A stretch of DNA of 62,665 bases, counting the filler. It is 6 parts of 6 records of this genome, joined end to end, with 100 filler letters (N's around TTAATTAATTAA, not from the genome) between each part and the next. Parts side by side here need not be neighbours in the genome. Positions count along the whole stretch, not along the records: positions 25,264 to 43,476 come from SRR31147125_34614; 5 more parts are not named here. One strand, given 5' to 3'. The notes under the pieces are model-generated. The model saw only the letters and a program-made list of their open reading frames with translations. It ran no database searches and was not told where the DNA came from. Of this stretch, positions 29,926 through 40,229 are shown in pieces (within the stretch, counting starts at the first letter, position 1; each line of letters begins with the position of its first letter). A program made the position numbers and the translations under genes.

Positions 29926-30804
29926 TCAAATATTCATGTTAAATTCTTTAAAGAACCAGTCATCATTACGAATTCTATTTTCAAAAAAATGTTGTCTCCG
30001 TTGCCAAATATCACTTTTTTGTACCTCATTATATGCACTGTTAAAAGAAGGTAATGTCTGTATCGCTCTAATGGATCTATCCATTCGTTCTTCGCTAAAA
30101 TGGCTTATAACAGTACGCAACATATTATATACTACTTCATACCAATGAACTTTATAAGGATGTCTCCGTCGAAAAAGGTGTAATATTTCGACTTCTGGTA
30201 CGACACATACCTTGTATCCGAGGGTCCAAGCCCGAAGACAAATTTCTGCATCCTCACTTCCAAAATTCACCATACCTGAATCAAAACAACCCATTTCAAA
30301 AAACGTTGTAGCACGAAAACCCTGAAACATACCTGCCACCATCGGAACCGGATAAGGTTCATGATTTTGTTTTGCCAGCCACAGCATATCCAACCTGGGA
30401 TTGCGCCATTTAAAACCATATCCCTTTGATCGTGAGTTACCCCAGTTAGAAATCGTTGATGCTACTATCCCAACTTTTTCCTTTTTAAGCAAATAAAGCA
30501 GTGGTTCAATCCAATCCTTTCGAAACAAAACGTGCGCATCTACAAAAAATAAGAATTTACCCTGTGCTTGTTGAGCACCAAAATTTCTTGCATTGGCAAC
30601 ACCCAGCCGTTCAGTTTTAAAGAGTCGAATTTGTGAGTTTTTTACTTCTCTTTCAAGAAAATCACTACTACCGTCGGTAGATCCATTATCTACAACAATG
30701 ATCTCGTAATTTTGCGTTAATGTATCTTGTAGGCTTTCAATTGTTTTGCGGAGATTGTCACTCTCATTCAGAGTTGGTATTACGATACTAATCAGCATGT
30801 TCAT
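29926..30804 (-). CDS. GT-A glycosyltransferase, polypeptide GalNAc-transferase-like (paralog)
   Basis: VDNGSTD, ARNFGA, FVDAH, WIEPLL, MVAGMF, FDSGMVNFGSEDAE and HLFRRRHPY motifs. Confidence 0.85.
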   Translation of the reverse strand: MNMLISIVIPTLNESDNLRKTIESLQDTLTQNYEIIVVDNGSTDGSSDFLEREVKNSQIRLFKTERLGVANARNFGAQQAQGKFLFFVDAHVLFRKDWIEPLLYLLKKEKVGIVASTISNWGNSRSKGYGFKWRNPRLDMLWLAKQNHEPYPVPMVAGMFQGFRATTFFEMGCFDSGMVNFGSEDAEICLRAWTLGYKVCVVPEVEILHLFRRRHPYKVHWYEVVYNMLRTVISHFSEERMDRSIRAIQTLPSFNSAYNEVQKSDIWQRRQHFFENRIRNDDWFFKEFNMNI

Positions 30805-30830
30805 TAATTCACTGTTTAATAATTTTGTAA

Positions 30831-32026
30831 TTATTTACTCTTTTTTACTACTTTAAAAATACCTTTTTTTGTAACCGGGAAACTTCCTGGATTAATCACA
30901 GTGACATCACGTGGACCTATCTGTGCATTTTTCCATACTTTAATCATAACTTTTAGTTCATTCTCCTTGATAAATTTTTCACCTTTTTTAGTTATTCCCC
31001 TATCTCTTGGTTCTCCGAAATCGACTTTTGATTCTTTTACGAAATGATTACCCTTTATTATCATTTCACTTTCTTCACCTTGTTCCAATAATTTAGGAGC
31101 CACGTCCTTTATAATCGGTGCTACACTCTTTTTTGGCTCAGCCTCCACCACAGAAGATGGTTTGTAGTTCATTGTGTATCTGGAAGCAAGAGGTGGTTCC
31201 TCCGTAGGCTGAGGTTCATAACACTGCCACCAATCGTCTATTAGACTTTTCACCAGTCGACGATGTTTGCAACAATCTATGTCTTCAATATTACCCTTAT
31301 CATCCAGCTTTATATCTGCCAGTATGACCCATGGTTCTTCGGGACATTGTGGACAAGATGGCAGTTCTTCTCTTCTTGTATAAATGGGTCGTGTCAGCCA
31401 ATCAATTTTTTGGACTGTGTCTAGTTTAGATTTAAATCTAGTAAGAAAATCAGTTGAATCCCCATCTAAATCCTCATGTGATGATGGTAAATCCATCAAT
31501 GTTTTAATAACAAATCCCTCTCTTATACGAGAATGTTCACATCGAACTTCATCACAATTGCATCCCAGCGGATGAGCTCTAACTGGACGAGTATCATACT
31601 CTTGATATTTTATAGCAATATATATCGTTTTACCTCCCAAGCCGCTTTTTTCACATCACGACACCATGGATCAATCCCATCTTCTACCGTTCCATGTACT
31701 TCCTTTCGAACGTCAAAAGTCACCTCCTGATTAACAATGATCTCATCCCCAAAAGGTCCCAAAATATAACCTCTCATTATTTTCACCAGCCAGGGTTCAT
31801 ACGAACCATTTTCACTTCTGTCCTCCTTTATAACAGGTTGAACCTCGCACCCACAAACAACTCCCCAACCATGCAAAAGACGATTATGGCGACGGAGTTT
31901 GTCACGGAAATACTCCTGTTCTGTGTTCATATCATCCGGAGTAAGGAGCATTCGAGGGAAATATCGTACTCGTTCCAATGTAAAACCATCTGAAAGTTTA
32001 CAATCTAAGATTTTCATTTGTGCCAT
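30831..32026 (-). CDS. Fibre-like CIS protein: conserved N-domain + C-terminal IPT/Ig-like domain, frameshift at A6 run 31646-31651
   Basis: ERVRYFPRMLLTPDDMNTEQEY..HGWGVVCG. One added A joins the ORFs (DVKKSGLGGKTIYIAIKY). C-terminal PIIKDVAP..IKGNHF..GPRDVTVINP. Confidence 0.65.
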
Positions 32027-32220
32027 AAGTTACCTCCATTATCCTTTAAAAAGGACAGATGTTTATTTTTACACAAATCATATTATAACTCAAAACATTA
32101 TTAATGATTATTTTGTATCAAAAAATCATCTTAAAATAGTTTACATCCGACGAATTCAAGAAAAACATGATAGCAATGACCTAAATCTATTTATTTAAAT
32201 TCTCTCTCTCGTAGAAACAA

Positions 32221-34795
32221 TTAACTTAGAGAAGTCTTTATGCCCACCCGACTGTCCTGGGCAATTCGTCCCTCGTCTCTACGTCTTCCACCGAATTCAG
32301 ATATTATTGTGTCTTGCCCTAATTTTGTAGACCTCGTTAATACCATATCAGGAGCCTCCTCGGACACAATCGTGTCAATACCAACCCGGGACTGGAATCC
32401 CACCCGCATTTTAGGTTCTATTGTGCAGAGGTGATAATCAGTATGGGCTGGTTTTTCTCTTTCTATTATTGTTTTAATTTTCTCCACATCCTTTTGACAT
32501 TTCAGTTGACACCAATAAACGAGAACATAAAAGAAATGAGCTACGTCTTCAAACAAAGGTGCACCAAAATCCTTGTCCTCAATCAAATGGGACTGATCCA
32601 ATGTGGCAGTCGTGCCTACAACAGCTCCTTGTGCATGAGCCGGCGCCAGCATAGTAGAAAAACCTAAAAGAGAACCATCCGTATGCAGCCAAATATCATT
32701 TGGTTGAGCTTGCAAATTTTTCTGCTCATCATTTTGATCTTGTGTTGATGTTGGTGGACAGATTAACCAGCATTCAGGTTGTTCTGTCTGCGCCTTTATC
32801 GTTTCTTTTTTTGCTGGCAGACACCAAAGAGATGCTGTAAGCAAAGGTTCTTCGATTATAGCATCTACGTTCGCATAAAGCTTAAGGTATTGCATTAAAC
32901 CTTCAACAGTGCCTCTTTTCGCTTGTAATTCAAAGGCTTTAGCAATCGCATCACGCTTTTTCTGTTCGCTCCAATCTTCATCCAGATCCATTGCCACCCA
33001 GCTTGCCAGCCAGGGCAAAAACCGTTCAGGAACGGCATAAGAATCGAAATATTTAGGCAACCTATTGATTTGTTCTTCAACACCATCCAGAACACCTTCA
33101 AATAATGATAAAAAGCGTTCCAGGAATTCCCGGCTTTGATTATCTTTTGCATATATAGGAGGCAAATAACGTAAATAAGTGTCCTGATTGTAATCAATCC
33201 GAATCCGATGTATAGTTGGCGATACAGTCTCATCTCCCCAAAAGAGACCTCCAAGCCATAAATACTTTGCCGATACTCTGGGCAAGGGTGCATTAGCCTC
33301 CGCATATTGTTTTGATAAAGGGCTAATATTATTATGTGGCAAACTTGGGATTAAAGCATCCAGAGTATTGGTCGGGATTGGATGCCAATCTTCATCGTCA
33401 AATGGATTCTCCGTATCAGGTAAATAAATGGGTTCCTGTTCTTCGTTACTTGTGTAAGCAAATAATTTGAGTTGTGCTTCCTCGGGAATTTGTTCTGCTT
33501 GTACCTGCAGGCGATGCCATTGAACCGCTGTATCTTCAGGATTATATGGTCCTGCCAGGAAACTTCCCTTTGGAAGAAAAGCTCTTCCAGGGAAAAGTCT
33601 TACCATCTTTGGCGGTTCGCCTGGATGTAGCAATAAATTCCCATTACTATCAATACACAAAGCAGCTACTGGGCCATCGTAACCACGAGCCTGTCCAACA
33701 AATTTCCCATTGGTCCGGAACTTGAGTACCGCCTCTCTGGCATTGTCTCCGATGTACACCGAATCTTCAATAACTGCAATGCCAGCAGATTTAACTTTTG
33801 TATACTCAGTAGGAATCGTATGTTTTAAAATCAACGTTTTATATTGATTATAATGTATGATACCAATAGATTTTCGTAGAGACTTCAAAAACTCTTTATA
33901 TTTGATAGGCTTGTTTCTTCTTAATATTGTTAAACTATTTAGAATAACTTTTGGAACGTTTTTCAGTTTTAACTCATTAATAGATTTATCAGTTATTTCA
34001 TAACTTCCGGGAGGAACTGTTATTGGCCAGGGTTTATCAATTTTCAGGTGTCCCTTCGTATCAAAAACAAAAACCAGATCGTCTTCAATGTTTGGTCTAC
34101 AATCAACAACAAAAATTCGTTCTTCATCACCTATTTTTGTGATTGAAATAAAACATGGTTCTTGTAAGGTCAAATTAGCTGTTTTGACTTGCTTATAGAG
34201 GACATTCCAAAAGTCAGTAATCACATTCCCTCGACTGTTAAACTTCTGAATTCGCTGGTTACCATGATCAACGACATATAAAGAGCCAGCACTATCCTCA
34301 GCTATTTCCCATGGGTCCTTGAATTTGCCAGGTTCATCACTGGATCGAGGCTTAATAAATGGTTCTGCTTGGCCCCAAACGTTTTCAAGTTGCAAAGTAT
34401 CGAGGTCAAATAATAAGACAAGATGGTTTCCACTATCAACTACATATAATATATCATTCTTTCCAACGAGTAATCCGCGAGGAGTATTCAGTCCAACCTT
34501 ATTCTTTTCTCTATCCAAACAAGGAATCGGCTCTATATTTTCTGTGCATATGTCGTATTTGAATATTCGATGTCCAATGGGATCTGACAAGTATACGTTG
34601 CCATGCTTATCGGTAGTAATACCTGCCGGGACCTGAAGTCCTTCAGGTTTCTGGTATGTTATTTCTTCTGAATTCTCAACTTTAGGTACGTGCGTCAGAG
34701 TGAGCGATCCATTTGGATTGATCTCTAAACCGTTTAGTTTAAATGATGGCCAGCGATTTTCGAGGTTTAAAAAGAAGAATTTTTTTATTTTCCAT
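32221..34795 (-). CDS. NHL-repeat + phage tail protein I (P2 gpI-like / TIGR02242-type) baseplate wedge protein
   Basis: NHL repeats (LYVVDSGNH, YVVDHGNQRIQKF); YLRYLPPIY..FLERFL..FLPWLASW..RGTVEG..IIEREKPAHT. Probable start MENKKFFF at 34795 with one extra A. Confidence 0.85.
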
Positions 34796-34804
34796 ACGAG
34801 TACC

Positions 34805-35782
34805 TTACTCTTCAATGCCCATCCATACAATGTGCCAATTTAAAAATTTTCTAAGACCTGGAATGTCATATTTATATTTATCAAAAAATTGAGATGGATT
34901 TATTGGTGGTAGATAATTTGTTTCATCTATTTCAGGCATTAATAGTCGAAATTCAAATTTTCTCTCAAAAGGTATATCTTTAATAATAGATATGTTGACA
35001 AATCCTTCTAATAAAAATTTATCAACATCTTCATTAAAATGCGCTTGATAAAAGCGCTCACCTGCCACCCGTGCAGAATAGTGTGGAAAAGTGTTAAATT
35101 TTGCTTCAGATGTATCGACTTCAGCCTTAAGACCTATCACTATGCCACCCTCTTTCCAAAATTTCCAATTGGTATCTTGGGGATCTGTTTTACCTGCAAA
35201 AATCCGCGGAAGCTTTTCCGGATGAGCTTTCCTTGGTATTAAGTCAATATAGATATGTTTTATCTGGCAATTTTGAACTGCTAAACGCTTGATAATGATT
35301 TTTAGACCGTTTTTGATATCAGCCTTCATGCTGTCGTCTTTAGGCTGGAAATTCTGATCAAGTTCCACCCAATGGAACACAGGATCCTCGACAAGTCTAT
35401 CGGCGTCATTTGATAATTGTATCCTCTCGTTTTTTGGGGCCTCCTTAAGGTGGCCTTCATCTGAGTAGGAAATGGCCAAATCGTAATTCACCGGATTACC
35501 GAAACCGTCGTCAGCTATTGGAGGAATTGATAAAAGGCGTCTTTCTGTGAGCACAATTTCCCTGCCGCGCGAGTCAATGGTATAACCTGGTGCAACGGCC
35601 AGCTCGCGATCTCCTACGTTTCCACTCACAGAAAAGCCCATGCCGATACCGGGTTGATGCAGACTCTGGTTGTGCCGCCAGCGCATTTCGCGATTAAATG
35701 CTGTAAGTGTCTGCATATCCGATGCAAACAGACGCTGTCCGGTAAAAAATTGAATGCGTTCAACTTTTTCAATAATTTGCAC
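34805..35782 (-). CDS. Fibre-like CIS protein, paralog 3
   Basis: ERIQFFTGQRLFASDM..REMRWRHNQSLHQPGIGMG; ends WMGIEE. Confidence 0.65.
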   Translation of the reverse strand: MQIIEKVERIQFFTGQRLFASDMQTLTAFNREMRWRHNQSLHQPGIGMGFSVSGNVGDRELAVAPGYTIDSRGREIVLTERRLLSIPPIADDGFGNPVNYDLAISYSDEGHLKEAPKNERIQLSNDADRLVEDPVFHWVELDQNFQPKDDSMKADIKNGLKIIIKRLAVQNCQIKHIYIDLIPRKAHPEKLPRIFAGKTDPQDTNWKFWKEGGIVIGLKAEVDTSEAKFNTFPHYSARVAGERFYQAHFNEDVDKFLLEGFVNISIIKDIPFERKFEFRLLMPEIDETNYLPPINPSQFFDKYKYDIPGLRKFLNWHIVWMGIEE

Positions 35783-35840
35783 TTACATTCCTCAGTAAAA
35801 AATATTATTCATTATTCAATTTCTTTATTTCAACATTTAA

Positions 35841-36866
35841 TCATCCTTCAACAGCAAACCATTTTATACTCCATCGTAATCTATGCAAAATAAGCTGACG
35901 CTCCGAATTTGTATATTCATTAAAAAATGCAGGGGGATTTATTTTAAAACTTTTCAATTTCATTCTTTGCGGCATTAGAATATATAGTTTAAAACCAGTA
36001 GTGCTAGGACTTGGAATTTCATTAAGTTTTTTGATATCAACGTTTAAAAAACCATCCAGTAAATATGGATGAACTTTATAAGGATCAAGGTTAGGATCAA
36101 CATTTTCATCAACATATCTTTGCCCACTTATTTCAACATAATAATCTGGTGGATTTGTAAAGTTTGCAAATGAGGTGTTGATAGAAATAGTCAAGCCAAT
36201 TGGATGATTTTGGTTAGTCCACAATACCCATTCAGTCTGTGTAGGATTTGGAAAATAGGTACCAGAGACAATATTCGGTCCCTTTGAGGGTTTGGCATTT
36301 TGACGTTGAGCGATAGAAATCTTCTTACTCAGCCTACATTTCTGGATCTCTGTTCGCACAATGGTGATTCTTAGACCTTCCCGTATTTCATCTCCTAGAT
36401 CACCAATCGGCTCCTTTTTATCAGGATCTAATTCCACCCAGCAAAAATTAGGTTCCTCGCATAAACGAACAGTGCCGCGTTTAAGACAAACACCTTGGCG
36501 TGTTTCGACCTCTTCTAACTTTATTTCTTCAGGATAGGAAACAGTAAGATCGTAAAATGCGGAATTGCTATTTCCACCGCCAGCCACAGGTGGTACAGGC
36601 AAGACTTTGGTTTTGGTTAAAACAATTTCTCGGCCTTTGGAATCAATGGCGTAACCCGGTTGAATTTCTACTTCGCGGTCACCAATTTCACCTCTCACTG
36701 CAAAACCACTACCAATACCGGGCTGATGCAAACGTCGGTTATGGATCCACCTCATTTCACGATTAAATATTTCTATACTTTGGAGACCTGAAGCATATAA
36801 ACGTTGTCCAGAAAAGAATTGCATTCTTTCAATTGTATTAAGCCCTGTACTATTCAACGTTAGCAT
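35841..36866 (-). CDS. Fibre-like CIS protein, paralog 2
   Basis: ERMQFFSGQRLYASGL..REMRWIHNRRLHQPGIGSG; ends WFAVEG. Confidence 0.65.
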   Translation of the reverse strand: MLTLNSTGLNTIERMQFFSGQRLYASGLQSIEIFNREMRWIHNRRLHQPGIGSGFAVRGEIGDREVEIQPGYAIDSKGREIVLTKTKVLPVPPVAGGGNSNSAFYDLTVSYPEEIKLEEVETRQGVCLKRGTVRLCEEPNFCWVELDPDKKEPIGDLGDEIREGLRITIVRTEIQKCRLSKKISIAQRQNAKPSKGPNIVSGTYFPNPTQTEWVLWTNQNHPIGLTISINTSFANFTNPPDYYVEISGQRYVDENVDPNLDPYKVHPYLLDGFLNVDIKKLNEIPSPSTTGFKLYILMPQRMKLKSFKINPPAFFNEYTNSERQLILHRLRWSIKWFAVEG

Positions 36867-36881
36867 TTTATCTTACCTCAA

Positions 36882-37889
36882 TCAAAAATTTTGTGTTGTC
36901 TCCATTAAGGATTGAATACCAATCCAGGAAATAAATAATTCTTGCTTACGAAAAAATTCAGAAATTAGGCCCAAGCTAGATTCAGCCAATTCACCTTGGG
37001 ATATAGAAGAATTAATATCATTTGTGTAGCGCCCACACAACCAAAATCCATTGACTACATAGCGATAGAAGAGACATATTTTCGGAAGTAAAATTCGAAA
37101 TGTAAAAGAATTTTGTGAAGCGTCATCAGCTATACTTTCGAATGGAGCTAAATAGAACTCCAAACCTTCATCAGCTCCATTAATCCAAAACGCACCTTGT
37201 AAGGATGCAAAATAATGAGGGGATTCAGTAAATTCTGCTAAAGAGGTATCAACTATTGCCTCCATCCCAACAGTATAATCATCTTCCTTCCATGGCGTCC
37301 ATATTGTCTCTTCTGGTTTTGTCGATCCAGTTCCAATTCGAGGTCTGGCTATAGGGCGTGAGACAGGTATCGGGACATCTAGTTTTTCTTCGAATACTGG
37401 ATTTTCTGAATTACTGTAGCGCACTTTTGCTAAGGGAACGCCATCTTTCAGCTCTAACAATGTTTCGGGTTTCCAAAAAAATTCCGGTTGTTCGAGTAAA
37501 GGTTTTGCTTTATCTGATAAGCAAACCCCTATTATTTCGTTTGGATTTGTAAAAGTTCTCGTTTCTTTGTATCGAATTAAAAGTATGAGTACCTGTTCTT
37601 TTTTTACAGATAAAGAAGGAATTTGAACAATACGCGAATCATTTAGGATGAGCTCTCGTCCATAACAATCGTATGCCAGACCAGCTTCAATATTTAGAGA
37701 CGAGACATTATTTTCTGTCACTTTCATCCCATAATTAACACCATACGATTCGTGTAAAGCTCGGTTATGCAACCATCTTAACGTATCCGCGATCTCATTA
37801 TCATCACGCAAATCACGTGAAGCAAGCAATTGGCCTTTTTTATAGCGAATTCGCTGAATTTCGGGATTACAATTTTCTCCAATAATCAT
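36882..37889 (-). CDS. Fibre-like CIS protein, paralog 1
   Basis: QRIRYKKGQLLASRDL..LRWLHNRALHESYGV..GLAYDCYGRELIL; WIGIQ near the end. Overlaps the baseplate stop (ATGA). Confidence 0.65.
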   Translation of the reverse strand: MIIGENCNPEIQRIRYKKGQLLASRDLRDDNEIADTLRWLHNRALHESYGVNYGMKVTENNVSSLNIEAGLAYDCYGRELILNDSRIVQIPSLSVKKEQVLILLIRYKETRTFTNPNEIIGVCLSDKAKPLLEQPEFFWKPETLLELKDGVPLAKVRYSNSENPVFEEKLDVPIPVSRPIARPRIGTGSTKPEETIWTPWKEDDYTVGMEAIVDTSLAEFTESPHYFASLQGAFWINGADEGLEFYLAPFESIADDASQNSFTFRILLPKICLFYRYVVNGFWLCGRYTNDINSSISQGELAESSLGLISEFFRKQELFISWIGIQSLMETTQNF

Positions 37890-40192
37890 AGGGTTACCTC
37901 TATAGCATGATTATCCGATGTAACAAGTTCAATTGGGCAAAGTGGAATATTTCCACATTGCGGTTCACCGCCATCTGCAACAAGTTGCAGTAATTCAACA
38001 TGATCAACGCCTTCAACCTGATCAATAATCTGTAGAATCTCAGACCTATAAACATCTCTACCTAATGGCCAACCCATTCCATCCGGGCCACCTATGCGTG
38101 GATCAAGAAATGCCTTAAGCACCTCTGATATTTTCGAGCCAAGTTCGTTTTTTTCTATTCCTGCAAATGCCTTTACCGTTGTTTGCACTTTTATTTCTCG
38201 GAATTTCGGTCCAACGATATTCAGTCGCATACCAACAATTCTGCTATGGTTGAGATATTTTTTTACCGCGGAAAGTAGGCCACAACCGGGTTCAGGTTTG
38301 GCAACAGGCATGTTCGGCATGACAACAACTGTCACAACGCCTGGTGCCTTGAAACAAGGTAAGTCTGAGTGGAGGTTGGCCCAGACTGCCACCCGAGCCA
38401 ACTCTACACCGGGCGTTTCCATGGCAAGTTTTTCAATATCCATCAATGTAATAGCGCGCTGTGTTTTTTCCGTCATTTCCATAACTCGCCCTTGAGCCTG
38501 GGTTAATGTCTCAGCTGCGGTCCCACCTACGGCAGGTATAGGATTCGTAATTTTTGTAATTTTTGATTTGACATTCTCAACGTCAATAACAGAACTATTG
38601 TGCAACGAGGTCGTGAGTTGGTCAACTACGTGTGCAGATAAATTGCCGGCCTCGGCACGCGTAGTTCGATAATCCACTACGATCCAGGAATCCAGAGGTG
38701 GAACGCGTCCTCGTTCCCCATCACCAAAAATTACCTCACCCTCAGTAGGATCTAAGATATAGTGAGAATCGACGCGGCTGGAGGCATCGAGATCGTACTT
38801 TAATTCCCATTCATGCCAAACATAGTTCCACACACTCTCTTCCATTTCGCTATCTTTCTCGAGACTTGCTAATTTGAAATTTTGGCGTACAGCAGGCTTC
38901 TGGTCGAGAACAAACTTTTGCAGAGGACTTTCATCGCTCTTTCCTAAAACTGACTTTTCTAATATGATCCACCCATCCTGCTTACCCTCAGGTGTAGGAG
39001 GTTTGTAATCCAAAACAAACACTTTAGGGAGTTCTTTGACATTGGGCTCAAAAGATAATTTTCGCACAATTCCCTCCTGGTCTAAGGCAAGTTGAATTTT
39101 AGTTGTAGTTCCCTTTTCTGGAGGAGGCCCAGAGGGCGAAACATCAGCGGCAATAGTGAGCTTCCACTCTCCAACAGGAACCGCTTGCTCGGCAGGAATG
39201 GCATTCATTATTATATTTTGAATTACAGGTGGTGAATCATACTCACCACTGTCAAAGCGACAGCGCACATAATATTGCGGGTTCATGATTTTCCCAAGGC
39301 GTTTCGGACTCATCGGTTTTGGTATTTTCAAAATAACCCGGCCATCTAAGGTAAATGCCCGAGTATCATCGAAAATCTCGCTGTTTCCTGAAGACAGTGC
39401 TTCCCACTTTTCAGTGCCTTCCGCACTTGTAAGAAACTCCCAGATGGTTTCTACTGAATGATGCTTGATTATCAAGTTTGTTTTGTCATCATTATTCAAG
39501 CCACTCTCATTTTCGTTTTGTCTATCCTGGTTACACATAAAATTAGATTGCTGTTTGCAGATTGCATTAGAAGCTTTAATTTCATTAATGATTCGAATAA
39601 GTTCTGCCATATCCTTACGCAATCCAGCTATTTTGAAATACAGGCTCGCAGACCCACATTCGAATAAATCTTTAGAAAAACCAAAATAAATACAAGATCC
39701 GGGAGTAGGTGTCGCACCAAATACAGGAAACTTTTGCCACGTATTATCTTCCTTTCTAATTTCTCGAAAAACCGAACCATCAAATAATTGGATAGTTACC
39801 AAATCTACAGCTACAATTGTGATCGGGTACTGTGTTAGAAAAGGTGTGGTCTTCCCAAAAGGATCCTTTCCCTCGAACTCCACAGAGGCAGGTAGTTCCA
39901 GGGAATTGATATTGGGTAACAATGAAAAGCTCAGAACTGTTTTTGCCGGCTCTGGCGGCTCCGAATAGATACCTGCCAGAGCAAGGAATTTCCTCCGATG
40001 ACTTTCGGGTATCCGATTGAGCTGGTATATATCCATCTCTACCAGCCAAGCGAATAGTTCCAAAAGTGTTATCCCTGGATCATGCACATTGTGGTCTGTC
40101 CACTCAGGCGCATAAAATGGGATGAGTGCACGGCCTTCTTCGATCAGGTCAGCCCATTTTCGATCATCTAGATTTGGTAATGGTAGTGGCAT
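37886..40192 (-). CDS. Putative baseplate assembly protein (Baseplate J, TIGR02243-type)
   Basis: PLPLPNLDDRKWADL..IPFYAPEWTDHNVHDPGITLLELFAW, FGDGERGRVPP, GGTAAE, RAITLMD and GWPLGRDVY motifs. Confidence 0.92.
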   Translation of the reverse strand: MPLPLPNLDDRKWADLIEEGRALIPFYAPEWTDHNVHDPGITLLELFAWLVEMDIYQLNRIPESHRRKFLALAGIYSEPPEPAKTVLSFSLLPNINSLELPASVEFEGKDPFGKTTPFLTQYPITIVAVDLVTIQLFDGSVFREIRKEDNTWQKFPVFGATPTPGSCIYFGFSKDLFECGSASLYFKIAGLRKDMAELIRIINEIKASNAICKQQSNFMCNQDRQNENESGLNNDDKTNLIIKHHSVETIWEFLTSAEGTEKWEALSSGNSEIFDDTRAFTLDGRVILKIPKPMSPKRLGKIMNPQYYVRCRFDSGEYDSPPVIQNIIMNAIPAEQAVPVGEWKLTIAADVSPSGPPPEKGTTTKIQLALDQEGIVRKLSFEPNVKELPKVFVLDYKPPTPEGKQDGWIILEKSVLGKSDESPLQKFVLDQKPAVRQNFKLASLEKDSEMEESVWNYVWHEWELKYDLDASSRVDSHYILDPTEGEVIFGDGERGRVPPLDSWIVVDYRTTRAEAGNLSAHVVDQLTTSLHNSSVIDVENVKSKITKITNPIPAVGGTAAETLTQAQGRVMEMTEKTQRAITLMDIEKLAMETPGVELARVAVWANLHSDLPCFKAPGVVTVVVMPNMPVAKPEPGCGLLSAVKKYLNHSRIVGMRLNIVGPKFREIKVQTTVKAFAGIEKNELGSKISEVLKAFLDPRIGGPDGMGWPLGRDVYRSEILQIIDQVEGVDHVELLQLVADGGEPQCGNIPLCPIELVTSDNHAIEVTL

Positions 40193-40229
40193 TTGTTTTT
40201 ACTTTTTCTCCAAATTCTTTTTCTATAAT

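Noticed and set aside
31640-31655. AAAAAAG as a -1 slippery site in a tail-locus gene
   Set aside because: The upstream frame reads GTG AAA AAA GCG, not A AAA AAG, so the heptamer is out of register.
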